Of a stretch of DNA of 44,907 nucleotides, positions 11,405 to 24,645 are shown piece after piece. This DNA comes from Octopus bimaculoides (lineage: Eukaryota). The stretch spans positions 47,165,303 to 47,210,209 of the forward strand of contig NC_068982.1 in the NCBI RefSeq assembly GCF_001194135.2, written 5' to 3'. Every line of letters starts with the position of its first letter. Position 1 is the stretch's first letter. Both the position numbers and the translations under genes were made by a program. A model generated the notes under the pieces. That model saw nothing but the letters and a program-made list of their open reading frames with translations. It was not told the origin of the DNA and ran no database searches.

Positions 11405-11830
11405 TGTTTAAGATAGAGAAGCTGTTGCTACTCCTGTAATCTTTTTTGGTGTTAATTTGAGGTTGTCGTGCATTGGTGAGTGAATCTTGGCTAATCAGTC
11501 AGAAGCCCTTCTTTTAAATGTGGTCAAGTAGGGCTTTGTGTAAATAGCAACACTACTGTCCCAGATATGTGAGCAGTATTCTTATTGGGTTGCATTGTAG
11601 AGGTCTCAGCTATTGATCTGAGTTGTGTTGTTTTTAGGTCTTGAAATGAAAAGAAGCACCATATATTAAGATACACCACCTACTAATGTTGGTGCATAGA
11701 CTATTTTCAAACAGCTCTAAAATTCATTTTCAGTTGTAGCAAGCTTTGTTAGATTCCCTTTTCTTTATTTCAATAACAACTTGTTGTGTCATCTTCTTTT
11801 AGTATATCTTGGGTAGGACTTTTGCTGATT
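11405..11830 (-). mobile_element. Decayed LINE RT C-terminal fragment (CR1/L2/Jockey type)
   Basis: Minus translation LY..EYCSHIWDSS at 11552-11581 matches the RPxLEYCSxIW motif, with multiple stops. Confidence 0.55.
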
Positions 11831-11924
11831 CAGATGTGATTCGAACGAAATGATTATTTCTAACAGATTGAGTGAGTGTATTGCTTAGAATCTTCCTCCT
11901 TGACTTATATTTGTGTGATATATT

Positions 11925-12310
11925 GTATATTCTTTTACTCTTTTACTTGTTTCAGTCATTTGACTGCGGCCATGCTGGGGCACCGCCTTTTTAGTCGAGA
12001 AAATCGACCCCAGGACTTATTCTTTGGAACCCTAGTACTTATTCTATTGATCTCTTTTGCCGAACCGCTAAGTTATGGGGACGTAAACACACCAGCATCG
12101 GTTGTCAAGCGATGTTGGGGGGACAAACACAGACACAAACATACACAAACACATACATATATATATGTATACATATATACGACAGGCTTCTTTCAGTTTC
12201 CGTCTACCAAATCCACTCACAAGGCTTTGGTCGGCCCGAGGCTATAGTAGAAGACACTTGCTCAAGGTGTCACGCAGTGGGAATGAACCCGGAACCATGT
12301 GGTTGGTAAG
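11925..12310 (-). mobile_element. tRNA-derived CORE-like SINE (family F), head lost in gap
   Basis: Contains ttccgtctaccaaatccactcacaaggctttgg...agaagacacttg. Homologous to 17505-17899. Confidence 0.85.
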
Positions 12311-12483
12311 NNNNNNNNNNNNNNNNNNNNNNNNNNNNNNNNNNNNNNNNNNNNNNNNNNNNNNNNNNNNNNNNNNNNNNNNNNNNNNNNNNNNNNNNNN
12401 NNNNNNNNNNNNNNNNNNNNNNNNNNNNNNNNNNNNNNNNNNNNNNNNNNNNNNNNNNNNNNNNNNNNNNNNNNNNNNNNNNN
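12311..12483. other. Assembly gap
   Basis: Run of N, truncating a SINE. Confidence 1.
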
Positions 12484-15400
12484 CAGTCTGGAATCTGTTC
12501 TATTCAAGTGAAATCTTCTCTTCTTTAAACAGGTTCAAGGAGCAAATTAGCTGTGGGTTTTTTTTTGTTTTTATTACATATTTCTTTTTTTATTATGTGT
12601 AATGAAAACTGTAATTATAAGTTAATTGAAATAATTATAAGTTAATTACACATTCTTCCTTTGTATTGCTTCTAGAGAAAACTTGCATTCTAAAATCTCT
12701 TAGCAAATTACTGATTTACTATCATCACTACTTATTAATAAATAAAATGGTGATTAGTTATTAATTCAGATGAGCTCTAAAGTTGTTTTTTTTTTTTTAC
12801 TTTTGGCATTGTGCCACAAATTTGTAGAATAACAGTGTAGTTACAAGAACTGACTTTTGTAAATTACTGACTTTTGGTATAACAAACAAAATAATTCCTA
12901 GCAAAATTTGAACTCAAAATGTAGAAAGATGGAACTTAATACTACTAATTAATTAGTCCAACACTTTACCTGTGTTCCACAGCTAGAAAACGTGTTTTAT
13001 CAAAAGTCTGCTAGATTAACATTAATATGGTACTAATGTACAACTATTATATGTTCACATCTTTTCTATGTTTTTTTTTTACGTGCATTTTTCTATGCTG
13101 GCATGAGTTAGATATGTTGTTGAGGTATTGTTTTACAGCTGGATGTCCTTAACACCTATCTTTATTTGTTTTTCAAGTAAAGGTTTGAAGTGAGTGGGTG
13201 ATTAAACTGCATGCACAGTGTGACTTTCAAACGAGCATGTGCAGATGTAAACTAACATACATATATGATGAGCTTCTTTTTCAATTACCAACTACCAAAT
13301 TTTGCTCACAAAGCTTTGATTGACCCAGGACTATAGTAGAAGGTGTGTTATGCAGTGGAACTAGATCTGGAACCACAATCTTCTCAAGCACACAGCTATG
13401 CCAATGCCTACAGTTGGGGGAGGGGGGAACACCAAAACAATCTAAATATAAGGTATTTTTTACTTTAATTAAAATCCATACATTTTCTAAGTAAAGACCC
13501 CTGACAAGTAAAAAGATTCTCTTTTACTGGCTATAATTGTATATACAAGAGTACATGTTAATCATACCTGAAATTTTCTTTCTATTATCCCACAAAGTTC
13601 TACTCACAAAATGTCTAAGGTGGCTTTGCTATACTCTCTGTCAGTGTCCAAGTGAGTTCATTTTCAAGGCTGTCAACCCAATTTCCCTCCTAGACTGGTT
13701 CAAACAAGCTGGAAGACAACTGAAGATGTGGCTGGCGATGGTATTGACAGATGTAAAAGCAGAATCAAACCCTCATGTCTATGGTCTTCAACAGTGAAAC
13801 CAGAAGTGGATATCCATTACAGTCTTGACTGCAGCTGGCCATTGGGTGTGGTCAGTGGTTGTGAGGGATGCAGTGAACTCATTGGTCAGAGCTGGCTCAA
13901 CCCACCCGAGTAAATGCCACCACAAGTACAAGTACATTCAACCAAATACCTGTGTCATACAATTGTTTGATCGAAGCTGATCTGGAGATGCAATTGGTGC
14001 TTTATTTTTATCCACTTTCAAACGACACAAAACAAAGTTGACCTTGGCACTGAACATTAAATAAAATATTAATAATTGTCCCTAATTTAGACAGAACTCA
14101 ATTTTTAGTGGGAGGAGTTTTGTTCATCATATCAACTACAGTACTGGACTGGCACTTTATTATTTTACTGACCCTTGACAGGACTAAAGGTTAGGTTGGT
14201 TTCAGCAGTATTTGAACCCAGAATGTAATGAGCTGGAACAAACACTATGCTTTAATGATTCCACAACCTTAACAATGATATTTGTAATGATAATTATTGT
14301 CTAACCCATGCCAGCATAGAAGGTGGATGTTAAATGATGATGATGATGATGATGATTTCTTAGATTTGACACGTGTTCATACAGATAATCAACCTCAGTG
14401 TTTGAACCCCAGCAGGAGGAATGTTTATGTTGACATCAGTTTGACTTGAACTCAGAATGTGTTGGAATGTAACTAAATACTGTAAAGCAAACAACAATTA
14501 TAATAACACAAATAATGTGATTTTTCCCTCACCTTAAATTAATCATCATTTGGTTGAGCTTACTTGGACTTACTCATCTCTGTATTTTGGAGTAAGTCAG
14601 TCAAATCTTTCTTCGGCTTATATGTCTAGTGTCACCAGGTCTCTAGACATTAACAGCCATATATTTTGGCAACTTGGTGAACCAGGTCATTAACCTCACA
14701 GAAGTTCCTTTACTCAGCATCATGTAAAATGTCATTGTTGGTTAGTGAATGACTCCTTGGTAGGCCAAGCAGCTATCAGGTGCTATACCTGACCAAAGGG
14801 CAGCTAGTGTTTGGTCCCAGTCAGTTTATTTCCCTACTCACCACTAACCTCCTATATATATATAAGCCATTTCTGTATTTAGTATCTGTGGACCTGTTGC
14901 TTAGGAGTTTTCCATTTGTATACACTTACTGAAAAAGTGATTGGGATGTTGCCGAGCAGTGCTACTAAATTGTTAATTTTTTGGTATCATTTTTACAGGC
15001 AGTAATGTGACAGAAACCATTGTGTGTTAGTTAATGCTTTGCTCTATTTAGTTATGTACTTTTATTTTCTGTTCAAGTTCAACCAGGGATCAACTTTGCC
15101 TCTCATTCCTCTGGTGGCCATTAAAACAAAATACTTGTCAAATACTAGAACAAGTTTGACTCTTCTCATTTCTTATAATTTGTGCTTTTGCCAATGCTAG
15201 GCAAAGAGCAATGGATAGCAGATTCAGTAGAGTGTTAGACAGAATGCTTTGTAATATTTATTTATTTCTAAGGTAGTGTCCTAGCATTGCCTCAGTTCAA
15301 TGACTAAAACCACTAACGTTGTATAAGACAATCACTTTTTTTTTCCATCATGGCTTAGACAGAGGTGAAAGGACAGCACCTGTGACCTTTGCAGAGCCAC

Positions 15401-15944
15401 TGAAGATGAAAGCAGAAAAGGAATCACAACCCCTGAGTTACTGCAGTATGAAGCAGCACCTCTGTGTCAAACTCTTGACTTGAACCAATTTTTTTTCAAT
15501 AGAGTGGTACTTACTAAATACTTCTATAGGCTAGATCATGATGCTTATAGAATGTCAGTTTTCTCTCTGATGACAAAAATATTTCATAACAATTTATGGT
15601 TAATAACTTTGAGTAGAAGGTAAGCAAGATTAAGAGACAAATACCATATAAGAGAAGGAAGATGTATGGAAGCTAAGATATCCTACTTTATAATATGTTG
15701 TTGCTTAGCTCCAGGTCAGTTTATCTAGTTTTACATTGCCTATTGTGTCCTTTTTATGACAGATGTTATACTTCTAGCAGGTAGAGCAGCTAGTTGGTAT
15801 CTAGGAATGATACCTGTGATTGACTGATATTGTATACTTGGGAAAGGAACATTTGTATCTCCTCTGGTTAATACAATGAAATTAGAACTAAATGCCAATC
15901 CTTAAAAACTTTACACAGTTGTAAAAATATGAACTTATACTGGA

Positions 15945-16387
15945 GTATTGATACCAATCTACCTGAGACTACCTCTGGTTCTATAATACAAACTACCTGT
16001 TTTAACCTCTTAATACTCAGATTTCTCTGTTAAATGGAATGCTTATTTATTCACATTGTTTTTAATTATCTCATGTATTATCTTGTAGCTTCAAGATTTC
16101 AAGGCTGTGATTGTTTATTTTTTGACTCACATTGTAGGATAGGTGTGAGAGGTTGGATCTGGCAAGTCTAAACATAAAATATGTAGAATATCTAGGCAGG
16201 ATATGGCCAGTTTAAATGCTGAAGGGTTAGTGATCTAAATTAAAACCTTCCATCATAATTTCATGTTATGTTCTACATACCAGCTTATCAATGACAGAGT
16301 TATATTACTAATTTTTTTTAATTATTTTTAAAATGAATTAAAACAAGAGCAGTGTATGTCAACAGAAATATGGTAACAAAAAGGTTA
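15945..16387. mobile_element. piggyBac-like MITE with a second MITE nested inside (~16003-16230)
   Basis: Outer element is homologous to 31692-31922 and ends ggtaacaaaaaggttaa. The inner element ends aatgctgaagggttag and sits at a ttaa. Confidence 0.55.
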
Positions 16388-17151
16388 ATATTATATCAAT
16401 TATACGATCTTCATTTTACAAAAATTGTTCTTTTATTAAATAATATAGTCATTGAAGAAGCACCATAGCACGTAAATACTCAGCATCTTTGGCTAAATAC
16501 CTGATTTAAATCATTTCACCTCACTTATGTCACATATTCCCTTGGAAAAGATGTGACTCATAATTTTCTTTTTCTTCTCCTCTAAAAAAAAAATCAAAAT
16601 GCATTTGGTTTCATGCTAAAAGTTCTTATTTTTCTTGTTTTTCGTTTAATGAACTTTAAAGGAAGCCCTAGAAGGGAATTAGAAATCAGTGCTAATAATA
16701 AAGGCATCATCTTGATTTTTTTTTAATTTTTTTTTTTATTAGCTTGTTAACATTCATTAAGCAGATTCTTTATTTATTCTGATGATAATTCTTTGAGCTT
16801 GACTTTCTCTACAATCTTTACCATTTTGTTTACTTTTCTTTTTTTCCATATCAAATGTACTCTAAACTATTTAAATGATTTTATATTATTTATTTATTTA
16901 TTTTTTATCCTTCTTGGTACTTTTCTCTTGTCTCTCTTTGTTTCTTAGCTTTCTCAAGAAATTTTGTTACAGGGACTACACCAGCTATATATTACATCAT
17001 TTTGATAACATTTAGTCATTTGTCTTCATTTCATTTCCAAAAGAGAATTCAAATTTCTAATTATGAGTCACTTCATATAGAGGTTATATTTCTTATCTTT
17101 TTTTCTTCTTTTTTTGCACTCCAAGTAGTTTTTAATACCTATGGTGTTTAG

Positions 17152-17370
17152 CCCTTTAGCATTAAGATTATTCTGTCACATATAGCACTTAGTTACTCAA
17201 TTGTTTTGTATTAATAATGCATCATCTCTCAGTTGTGAGATTTTGATGATGTGGTTATTTGTTTGTAGATTGACATTGTAGGGTAGGTGTGAGAGACTAG
17301 ATCTGGCTGGTCTGAACATAGAATAGGTAGAATATTGAAGTCAGATAGAGCCAGTTTAAATGCTAAAGGG
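17152..17370. mobile_element. piggyBac-like MITE
   Basis: Perfect 12 bp TIRs ccctttagcatt / aatgctaaaggg, flanked by ttag / ttaa. Confidence 0.75.
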
Positions 17371-17504
17371 TTAAAGTTATCCACGGAGATTACATGCCAC
17401 TGGTTTACTTTACAAAAGATGAAGTTTGAAAAGCAAATATTTTTGTGATATAAGAAGACAAAAATTGACATGAAAAATTATTGAAGTTGTTTATCCTTCA
17501 AAAT

Positions 17505-17899
17505 ATTATTCTTTTATTTGTTTCATTCATTTGACTGTGGCGATGCTGAAGCACCACCATTAGTTGAACAAATTGACCCCAGGACCTATTCTTTGTAAAC
17601 CTAGCACTTATTCTATCAGTCTCTTTTACCGAACTTCTAAATTATGGGGACGTAAACACACCAGCATTGGTTGTCAAGCGATGGTGGAGGGACAAACACA
17701 GACGCAGAAATACACACACACACACACACATATATATATACGACGGGCTGCTTTCAGTTTCCGTCTACCAAATCCACTCATAAGGCTTTGGTCAGCCCAA
17801 GGCTATAGAAGAAGACACTTGCCCAAGGTGTCACACAGTGGGACTGAAACCAGAACCATGTGGCTGATAAGCAAGCTACTTACCACACATCCACTCCTG
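17505..17899 (-). mobile_element. Near full-length family F SINE
   Basis: tRNA-like head (reverse complement ggagtggatgtgtggtaagtagc...ggtttcagtccc), CORE-like caccttgggcaagtgtc, internal (CA/TA)n. Confidence 0.85.
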
Positions 17900-18289
17900 C
17901 TTGAAATTTAATTTCTAATCTATCTGTTTTAAACATATTATTTAAAAAATTGCTCAAAATAAGCAGTTAAACTTATTTAATGATGAACTATAAAATGTAA
18001 TAAATTGAGAGCAGCTTTAATAGAAATAATGAAAACAGAAAGTGGAATGGTTGATAGTAGGTGATTGTTCTGTGCAGTTTCTTATATCTTGGTGAAAGTA
18101 GGAAGGGCAATGCACATGGCCAATTGTAGGGCCCCTGTGATAGAGAGAGAGGAAAGAAATAAGGAAAATATGGTTCATAGGTTATCCATAAACAAAAGAC
18201 AGTTTGAATCCTTACAACAGAGCAGACCCTTCTAAAGTCACCCCAGGACCAGATGATTGTGTTAAAGTGGGCAACAATTTAACACTACC

Positions 18290-18760
18290 TCCCCAAAATA
18301 GCTACAGTTGCTCTGATGGTATTCCTCACAGCAGAGAGCAGTTTGCAAATGCACATATCATGGCACTTCTTAGTGGATCTTAGCTTAGATAGGTTCAACA
18401 ACCCATCATCCACCCTTATATAGATATACAGTCCACGTGTGAGTTCATTTGCCATCCATTTATGCATAGCACCCAGAAATAATGCTTTTTGCTCCGTTCC
18501 CAAAAGGAATGAGGTCCAAGCTGATGCTCCAAAGAGAGACTGTGGCAGGCATACATACCATTGTGAAGTAGTTGGAATATTCCTTAAAATTTGTCTGACC
18601 CATATCTTTTCAGCAGTGTTCATAAGCATTTTTTCCCCCACATTTTGAAAAACCTTTGTAAAGTTGATAAATAAAATAGAATGCAGTTCTTTTCTTGAAT
18701 TCATTGGAAGGTGAAAAGTCACATCTTTTGCATACATAATCAACATTGGCTTTCAGGAAT
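18290..18760 (-). mobile_element. Decayed RTE LINE reverse transcriptase fragment
   Basis: LFINFTKVFQNV (FIDFTKAFDTV motif) and GLYIYIRVDDGLLNLSKLRSTKK..ICKLLSA (RTE GIYI.YRTDGKLFNL..LLFADD region). Confidence 0.75.
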
Positions 18761-19308
18761 AATCATTTGGGTACTTTTTTGTGATACCTTCAGCAGTATT
18801 TTTACTAGACAAAGAGAGAGAGAGAGAGAGCAGAATCCTTTTCCTGCCAACAAATCATACTTGATTATTAGTGACAGCCAAGAAGAAAGCTTGGTGATAT
18901 ATAAAATAATCCAGTACAACAGCTTTCTTCCATATTTTGTTGCTTAGAAAATAATCCATTTTTAGAATTGTTAACTTTATAATTTGAAAGATTTGTAGTA
19001 AAGATCAAATAGCAGCAGATACATTGGATTTCGATTTCTCTAAGCAATACCATTTGGTTTTTAAGTTAACTACAAATAATAGATGACAATGATGAAGGAA
19101 AATCTGACATATTTAAATATTTCAAGCAATTGTTGATTAAAGAAGGAAAAGATAAGAAAGCATCTCAGTGTGGTCATTCAACTTGACTTGTTAGGATCTG
19201 AATAGCATATGAATCTCCCTTAACTTACACCCTACTATGTTAAAAAAAGGAGGGATACATTTTATAATGTATTTCTAGATTGGAACACCTTTATTCATAG
19301 GTCAGCAC

Positions 19309-19613
19309 CAGGGATTCTCAAACATTGATTACTATTTTATTCTCATGGACCCAACTAAACATTCGATGTTTAAAAACTAGGTTTATAGAAATTCCTTTCA
19401 AAATCCCTAGGTTGTTTTCCCCACATTAACTTGTGTAGGTTGAACTATGTAAAATGCTAGAGAAAGAAACCTAGTTGTTTCTTGCAATACATACCAATAT
19501 GTACATCTAAAGCAAACTTTTTTCAGATCCCTTAAAATACTATTGTAAACAATCTACTATTTTGTTGTATGGATCCCTAAAAATCTTATATGGACCCCAG
19601 TTGAGAACCCCTG
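19309..19613. mobile_element. hAT (Charlie-like) MITE
   Basis: TIRs cagggattctcaa / ttgagaacccctg, 305 bp. The 8 bp TSD is only partly conserved. Confidence 0.65.
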
Positions 19614-21169
19614 GTCTACGTAAACAAGAAAACTATGTGGATTTTTGAATTAATTGTGAAAAGTTGAAATGGATTTCATGGAGGCTTTGGTAGCTTAAAT
19701 AAATTTTACAGCATTTTAGCTTTATCAAATAAACAGATTAAGAGGACATACTAGATGTCACCCTAGATACATCATGTGTGTGTGTGGAAGAGTAAAGCAT
19801 AGGATAGTTACAACTTGTAACAGCATGTTTATAAGGGGATGATTACATAAAAGACAAGATAGTTACTTAGGTGTTCTGGTTCAAAGATGACTTGGGGGCT
19901 AAATATCAGCAACAAACAAAGCTTTATTACTTTAACATTTTGCTTTATTATTATATATTATATTTTATATATAACAAAATATTAAAATCTAATACATTGA
20001 CCTATAGCAAATTATCTACCTTGGAAACAGCTATGCAATACTGCTCAGTATACAGTGCATAGTAGTTTTTTTTTACAACAATCTAGATCTTCAAATCAAC
20101 ATGTGCATTACACATGTTAGTATGTAGTAAAATTTCAACCAACTTCTAGGACATTCCTGATGTACGTATAACATCTTGTTAATTATACATTACACTCAGC
20201 ATTGTATGAAATAACTTGTACATAGACGTACTTAATCTTGTTGTGAATATTGTTTTCTGTTAGAACCCAAGTTAATGGGATTGTTTGTTCTGCAACTAAC
20301 TTACTTATCAGAGTTTTTGAGTATTTTTAGATTTTCATCAAGTCTAGTATACCAAGTCACATGTTGTCTCCTTTAGGTATTATCACATTTATAAGCATTA
20401 TGTAATTTAGAGAATACACTGTTGACCAAGTTTAATCATACATTATGCTACATGGCATATTGTGTGATGTAGTAAGTGTATATAAAAACTTCATATTGCT
20501 CCATAGACATTTTTATTATATACTTATTCCATATATAATCTCTTCTGAAAAATAATTTATTTTGTTTCCTTCTTATAATACTTAACTCACTTGTATATTT
20601 AGATACCTAAAGATTATGAAACTTCCATGTCATCGATATAAATATTGTCATATCAGCTTGTAACTCTAAAATAGCCATCATTTAGCTAAATGTTCATAAC
20701 ATTTGGTTAGAAAGTTCTAAAAACAAATTTATTCTTAAATATTCTCTACACTTATACCAAATAATTATCTTTTATAATAAAATGTAATAATATTACCTAG
20801 TAAGTTCTTTAGTGGAACATTTATTCAAGAAATAAAAAGAAAAAACAAAGACAGATTTTTAAAGCTCTCACTAAGTATCATTAGCAGTTCTTGTTATTGT
20901 CCAACCCTAGGCTGGTCCTGAATAAGCACACCTGTGATGATGCATTGATTGGTTTCTATCCAATGAGTGTTTTAATGGCCTCTTTGTCTAGTAACTTGCC
21001 CATTCTACAGCTATGTTGATCTTCATACCAGAGTAAATGATTGTTTTCCCATCTTAGCATAGTTTTCTTTTTCCAGTCTATCTTATCTCACTGATTTCTG
21101 AGATGTTTAGTTGGTACTCCTTGAATTCTCTCATTAGTTGTTCCATTTATCCTCTTTGATTATACTATG

Positions 21170-21305
21170 TTTGTACATGGTCTGATCAATAAGTATCCAG
21201 ACTGTTGCTATAGTAATGAAGCTAAAGCATGCAGAGTGAAGACACTTGACACAGATTGACCTTGAACTCTGCTGTGCATGCGCACTAAGTTTTAACATTC
21301 TAGCT
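21170..21305 (+). mobile_element. mariner-derived MITE end
   Basis: tacatggtctgatcaataagtatccagact resembles a mariner-type TIR. The partner TIR was not seen. Confidence 0.45.
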
Positions 21306-21309
21306 CACT

Positions 21310-21547
21310 TGTGGTATTGGTGCATTGGAAAGCACTGGTGCTAGTTCCACATAAAAGGCACTGGTGATGGCACCAGTATACTCTGTAAAGCGGCTGGCAT
21401 TTGGAAGGGCATCCAGCTGTGGAAACCAAGCCAAAACAGACTATGGAACCTGGTGCGACTTCAGCCTTGCCAGCTCCTATCCAGCCGTCCAACCCATACC
21501 AGCATGGGAAACAGGCATTAACTAATGATGATGATGATGATGATGAT
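21310..21547 (+). mobile_element. Family A (RTE 3' UTR) copy
   Basis: ggaagggcatccagctgtggaaacc...aacccataccagcatgg...(gat)n. Confidence 0.75.
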
Positions 21548-21990
21548 CCACCTACCACTTCCAGGGTGGTTGATTTGATTGTGGTGTTTAGTTGGATCAG
21601 TTTACATTTCTAGTTTCAAATCTTAGGAAAGTAAATGTTGCCTTTCCATCTTTTAGGATCGATGAAGTAAAAGTACTAGTTAAATACTGTGATTGATTTA
21701 AACAAACTCTGTGACCATGTGTCTATGTGTGTGAATTCATTATTTTCTCCATTTCATTTTTGTATTTTTCTTTCATCTTTGTTCACATATCCTTTGGTCA
21801 TACTGAACAGCTATTTTGTCCTTTTCCATTTGGTTAATCTTTTAGCTAATACTTCATGATCTGTATATAGTGCTTAAAGCCTATTTTCTTTATTGAGTAT
21901 GGCATGTCTTTCTTAACTGTACATATAATCGTACTTTGACATTTTGATACTTAGGTTTGACCTGCTGTTAGTAAGGTGATATCTTTTGTT

Positions 21991-22031
<41 letters not shown>

Positions 22032-22644
22032 NNNNNNNNNNNNNNNNNNNNNNNNNNNNNNNNNNNNNNNNNNNNNNNNNNNNNNNNNNNNNNNNNNNNN
22101 NNNNNNNNNNNNNNNNNNNNNNNNNNNNNNNNNNNNNNNNNNNNNNNNNNNNNNNNNNNNNNNNNNNNNNNNNNNNNNNNNNNNNNNNNNNNNNNNNNNN
22201 NNNNNNNNNNNNNNNNNNNNNNNNNNNNNNNNNNNNNNNNNNNNNNNNNNNNNNNNNNNNNNNNNNNNNNNNNNNNNNNNNNNNNNNNNNNNNNNNNNNN
22301 NNNNNNNNNNNNNNNNNNNNNNNNNNNNNNNNNNNNNNNNNNNNNNNNNNNNNNNNNNNNNNNNNNNNNNNNNNNNNNNNNNNNNNNNNNNNNNNNNNNN
22401 NNNNNNNNNNNNNNNNNNNNNNNNNNNNNNNNNNNNNNNNNNNNNNNNNNNNNNNNNNNNNNNNNNNNNNNNNNNNNNNNNNNNNNNNNNNNNNNNNNNN
22501 NNNNNNNNNNNNNNNNNNNNNNNNNNNNNNNNNNNNNNNNNNNNNNNNNNNNNNNNNNNNNNNNNNNNNNNNNNNNNNNNNNNNNNNNNNNNNNNNNNNN
22601 NNNNNNNNNNNNNNNNNNNNNNNNNNNNNNNNNNNNNNNNNNNN
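22032..22644. other. Assembly gap after a (TA)n run
   Basis: Run of N. Confidence 1.
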
Positions 22645-22664
22645 GGAATAAAATTTCCTTTATT

Positions 22665-22845
22665 TTTATAGCAAATGTGGTTTTGTGGTTAAAAAGCTTG
22701 CTTCCAAGCCATGCGGTCTTGGCTTCAGTCCTACTGTATGGCACCATGGACAAGTGTCTTTTATTTATAGCCTTGGGCCAGGCAAAGCCTTGTGAGTGGA
22801 TTTGGTAAACGGAAGCTGAAAGAAGCATGTCATACAAGGTACGAT
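22665..22845 (+). mobile_element. Family F SINE, 5' part
   Basis: gtggttaaaaagcttgc...ggcaccatggacaagtgtc...ccttgtgagtggatttggtaaacggaagctgaaagaagc. Confidence 0.7.
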
Positions 22846-22965
22846 GGGTAAATTGTTGGTATTTTATATTTTTAATTTCACACATGCACATTGTTTGTTT
22901 TTTATTTTGTCGACTACACAGTATAGTAGGGTCAGTTGGGCACCATCTGTGAGAAAAACAGCACC

Positions 22966-23425
22966 ATGACGCAATTCACTTTGCCATAAATTTGAAAATG
23001 ACATACTGTACTGCTTGGCATTTGCATCAGAAGCTCCAATACGAACATTTCGGAGTGTTTAGGTGTCAATCAGAGGACAGTGCATGTACCAAGAGTGATA
23101 AAAATCAAACATCCAGTCAACATCATGGTGCTTAGAGTGATCACTAGTGATGGCGACGTTATGCCTCCATTTATCATCTCTCATGGCCTCAGACTTAACA
23201 CGGTGGCCTACATCAAGTGCTTGGAGGAGGTAGTGTTGCCCTGGGTCAAGAGGGTGGCTGCTGGAAGACTCTATGTCTGGCAACAGGACTCTGCACCATG
23301 CCACACAAGCAGGAGAATCTAGTCATGGCTGTTAGACAATTTCTGCGACCACATCACCCCCAACATCCGACCACCTAACTCCCCAGACTGCAACCCCCTT
23401 GATTATTTTGTTTGGGGCGCACTAA
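22966..23425 (+). mobile_element. Internally deleted maT (DD37D) mariner-like transposase relic
   Basis: One frame: MTQFTLP*...SSNTNISECLGVNQRTV/HVPRVIKIKHPVNIMV...WQQDSAPCH...PPNSPDCNPLDYFVWG. There are 37 residues between the 2nd and 3rd catalytic D, with stops present. Confidence 0.85.
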
Positions 23426-23986
23426 ATTTTTTTTCTTTTTTAGTTTGATAATGAATTGTGAAAATCATTTTTTCACAGCAAACATACTACATCTATACTT
23501 AGCTTAGCCAAACCAATCCCTCTGACCAACATTCTGTATGAAGACTGCTATAGTATAGCATTATTCTAATGTCCTGGTGTGGATATTTCTTTAAGGGAAG
23601 TATATAATTATGAGAAGGTCATACACTGTGCTTAATAAAAAAGTTGCTGGTAGATCCTTTCATATCAAATAATTATAAAATGTTAAAAATAAAGCTGTGT
23701 GTTTCTGACTACTGGTGAGGCATACACTTTTCTGGAAAGTTATAATGGGACCTGGTGGAAAATAGGTTGGGAAACACTGATTTACATCATTGTTTAAAAG
23801 CTGTTGAGCTCCAGGTCAGCTCTGATTGAGCTGACCTATATTTGAAGACATTCCGGTCATGACCATCTCCTTTTATTATTTCATAGACAGACAAAGGACT
23901 GGCTACATCGTTAAGAAGTTCATTTCATAACGACATGGTTTCAGGTTCATTGTATTGTGCCTTAGACAAGTATCTTCTAATATTTA

Positions 23987-24522
23987 CTAGCTTAAAAGCC
24001 GTACTCAGTGCAGACTTTTAAGCTGCAGGGCTAATTGGGCCTGTAGCCCAAAACTGAAGGAAGTGAACTAAATAGCATGATTATAATGACTATATTCTCC
24101 ACTAGTGTTTGATCAGAGGTTAAGGACAGATGAGAATGAATTCTGTAATGCAATCATTCTCTTGTTCCAGTCCTAAGTTGAATTCCAACTGTTGGCCAAT
24201 TTGTCCCAAAGTTCTTATCTCGACATAAAATTAATGAAGCAAGCGAATGTCACTTATCTCCCCACTTGATCTCTGACATCATATGACAAACACCAACCAA
24301 GATGGCGTAAATCAGCCAAACTTTACCTGCAAGAAATAGCAACCCAAATACTTTTAAATCAGATCCCAATGCTGGATGTTCAAGAACCAATTGAAGGGCA
24401 AATTTTCAATCCTGGGATCACCTTGATTCCAAAAAGGTATAATATGTCTATGTAGAGTAAACATAGACTGAGATACCGGGGTCCCAAATGGACAGACAGA
24501 ATTTCGCTTTTATTATTATAGG
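23987..24522 (-). mobile_element. Non-autonomous Helitron
   Basis: Minus strand reads A|(C)CTATAATAATAAAAG...CTAG|T, an insertion in an AT dinucleotide. There is a 10 bp hairpin agcttaaaag/cttttaagct (23989-24024) at the 3' end. Confidence 0.65.
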
Positions 24523-24645
24523 TGTCTTTGTTTGAATCAATGCCTTGTGAGTGAAATTTAGTTGATAGGAACCATATGAAAGCCCATCACATGCATATGT
24601 GTGCGTGTGCTTGCATTAACACCATTTTGGAAGTGTTGATATTGC

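Noticed and set aside
14520-14830. Coding-like composition suggesting a TE fragment
   Set aside because: No recognisable motif in the frames I checked.
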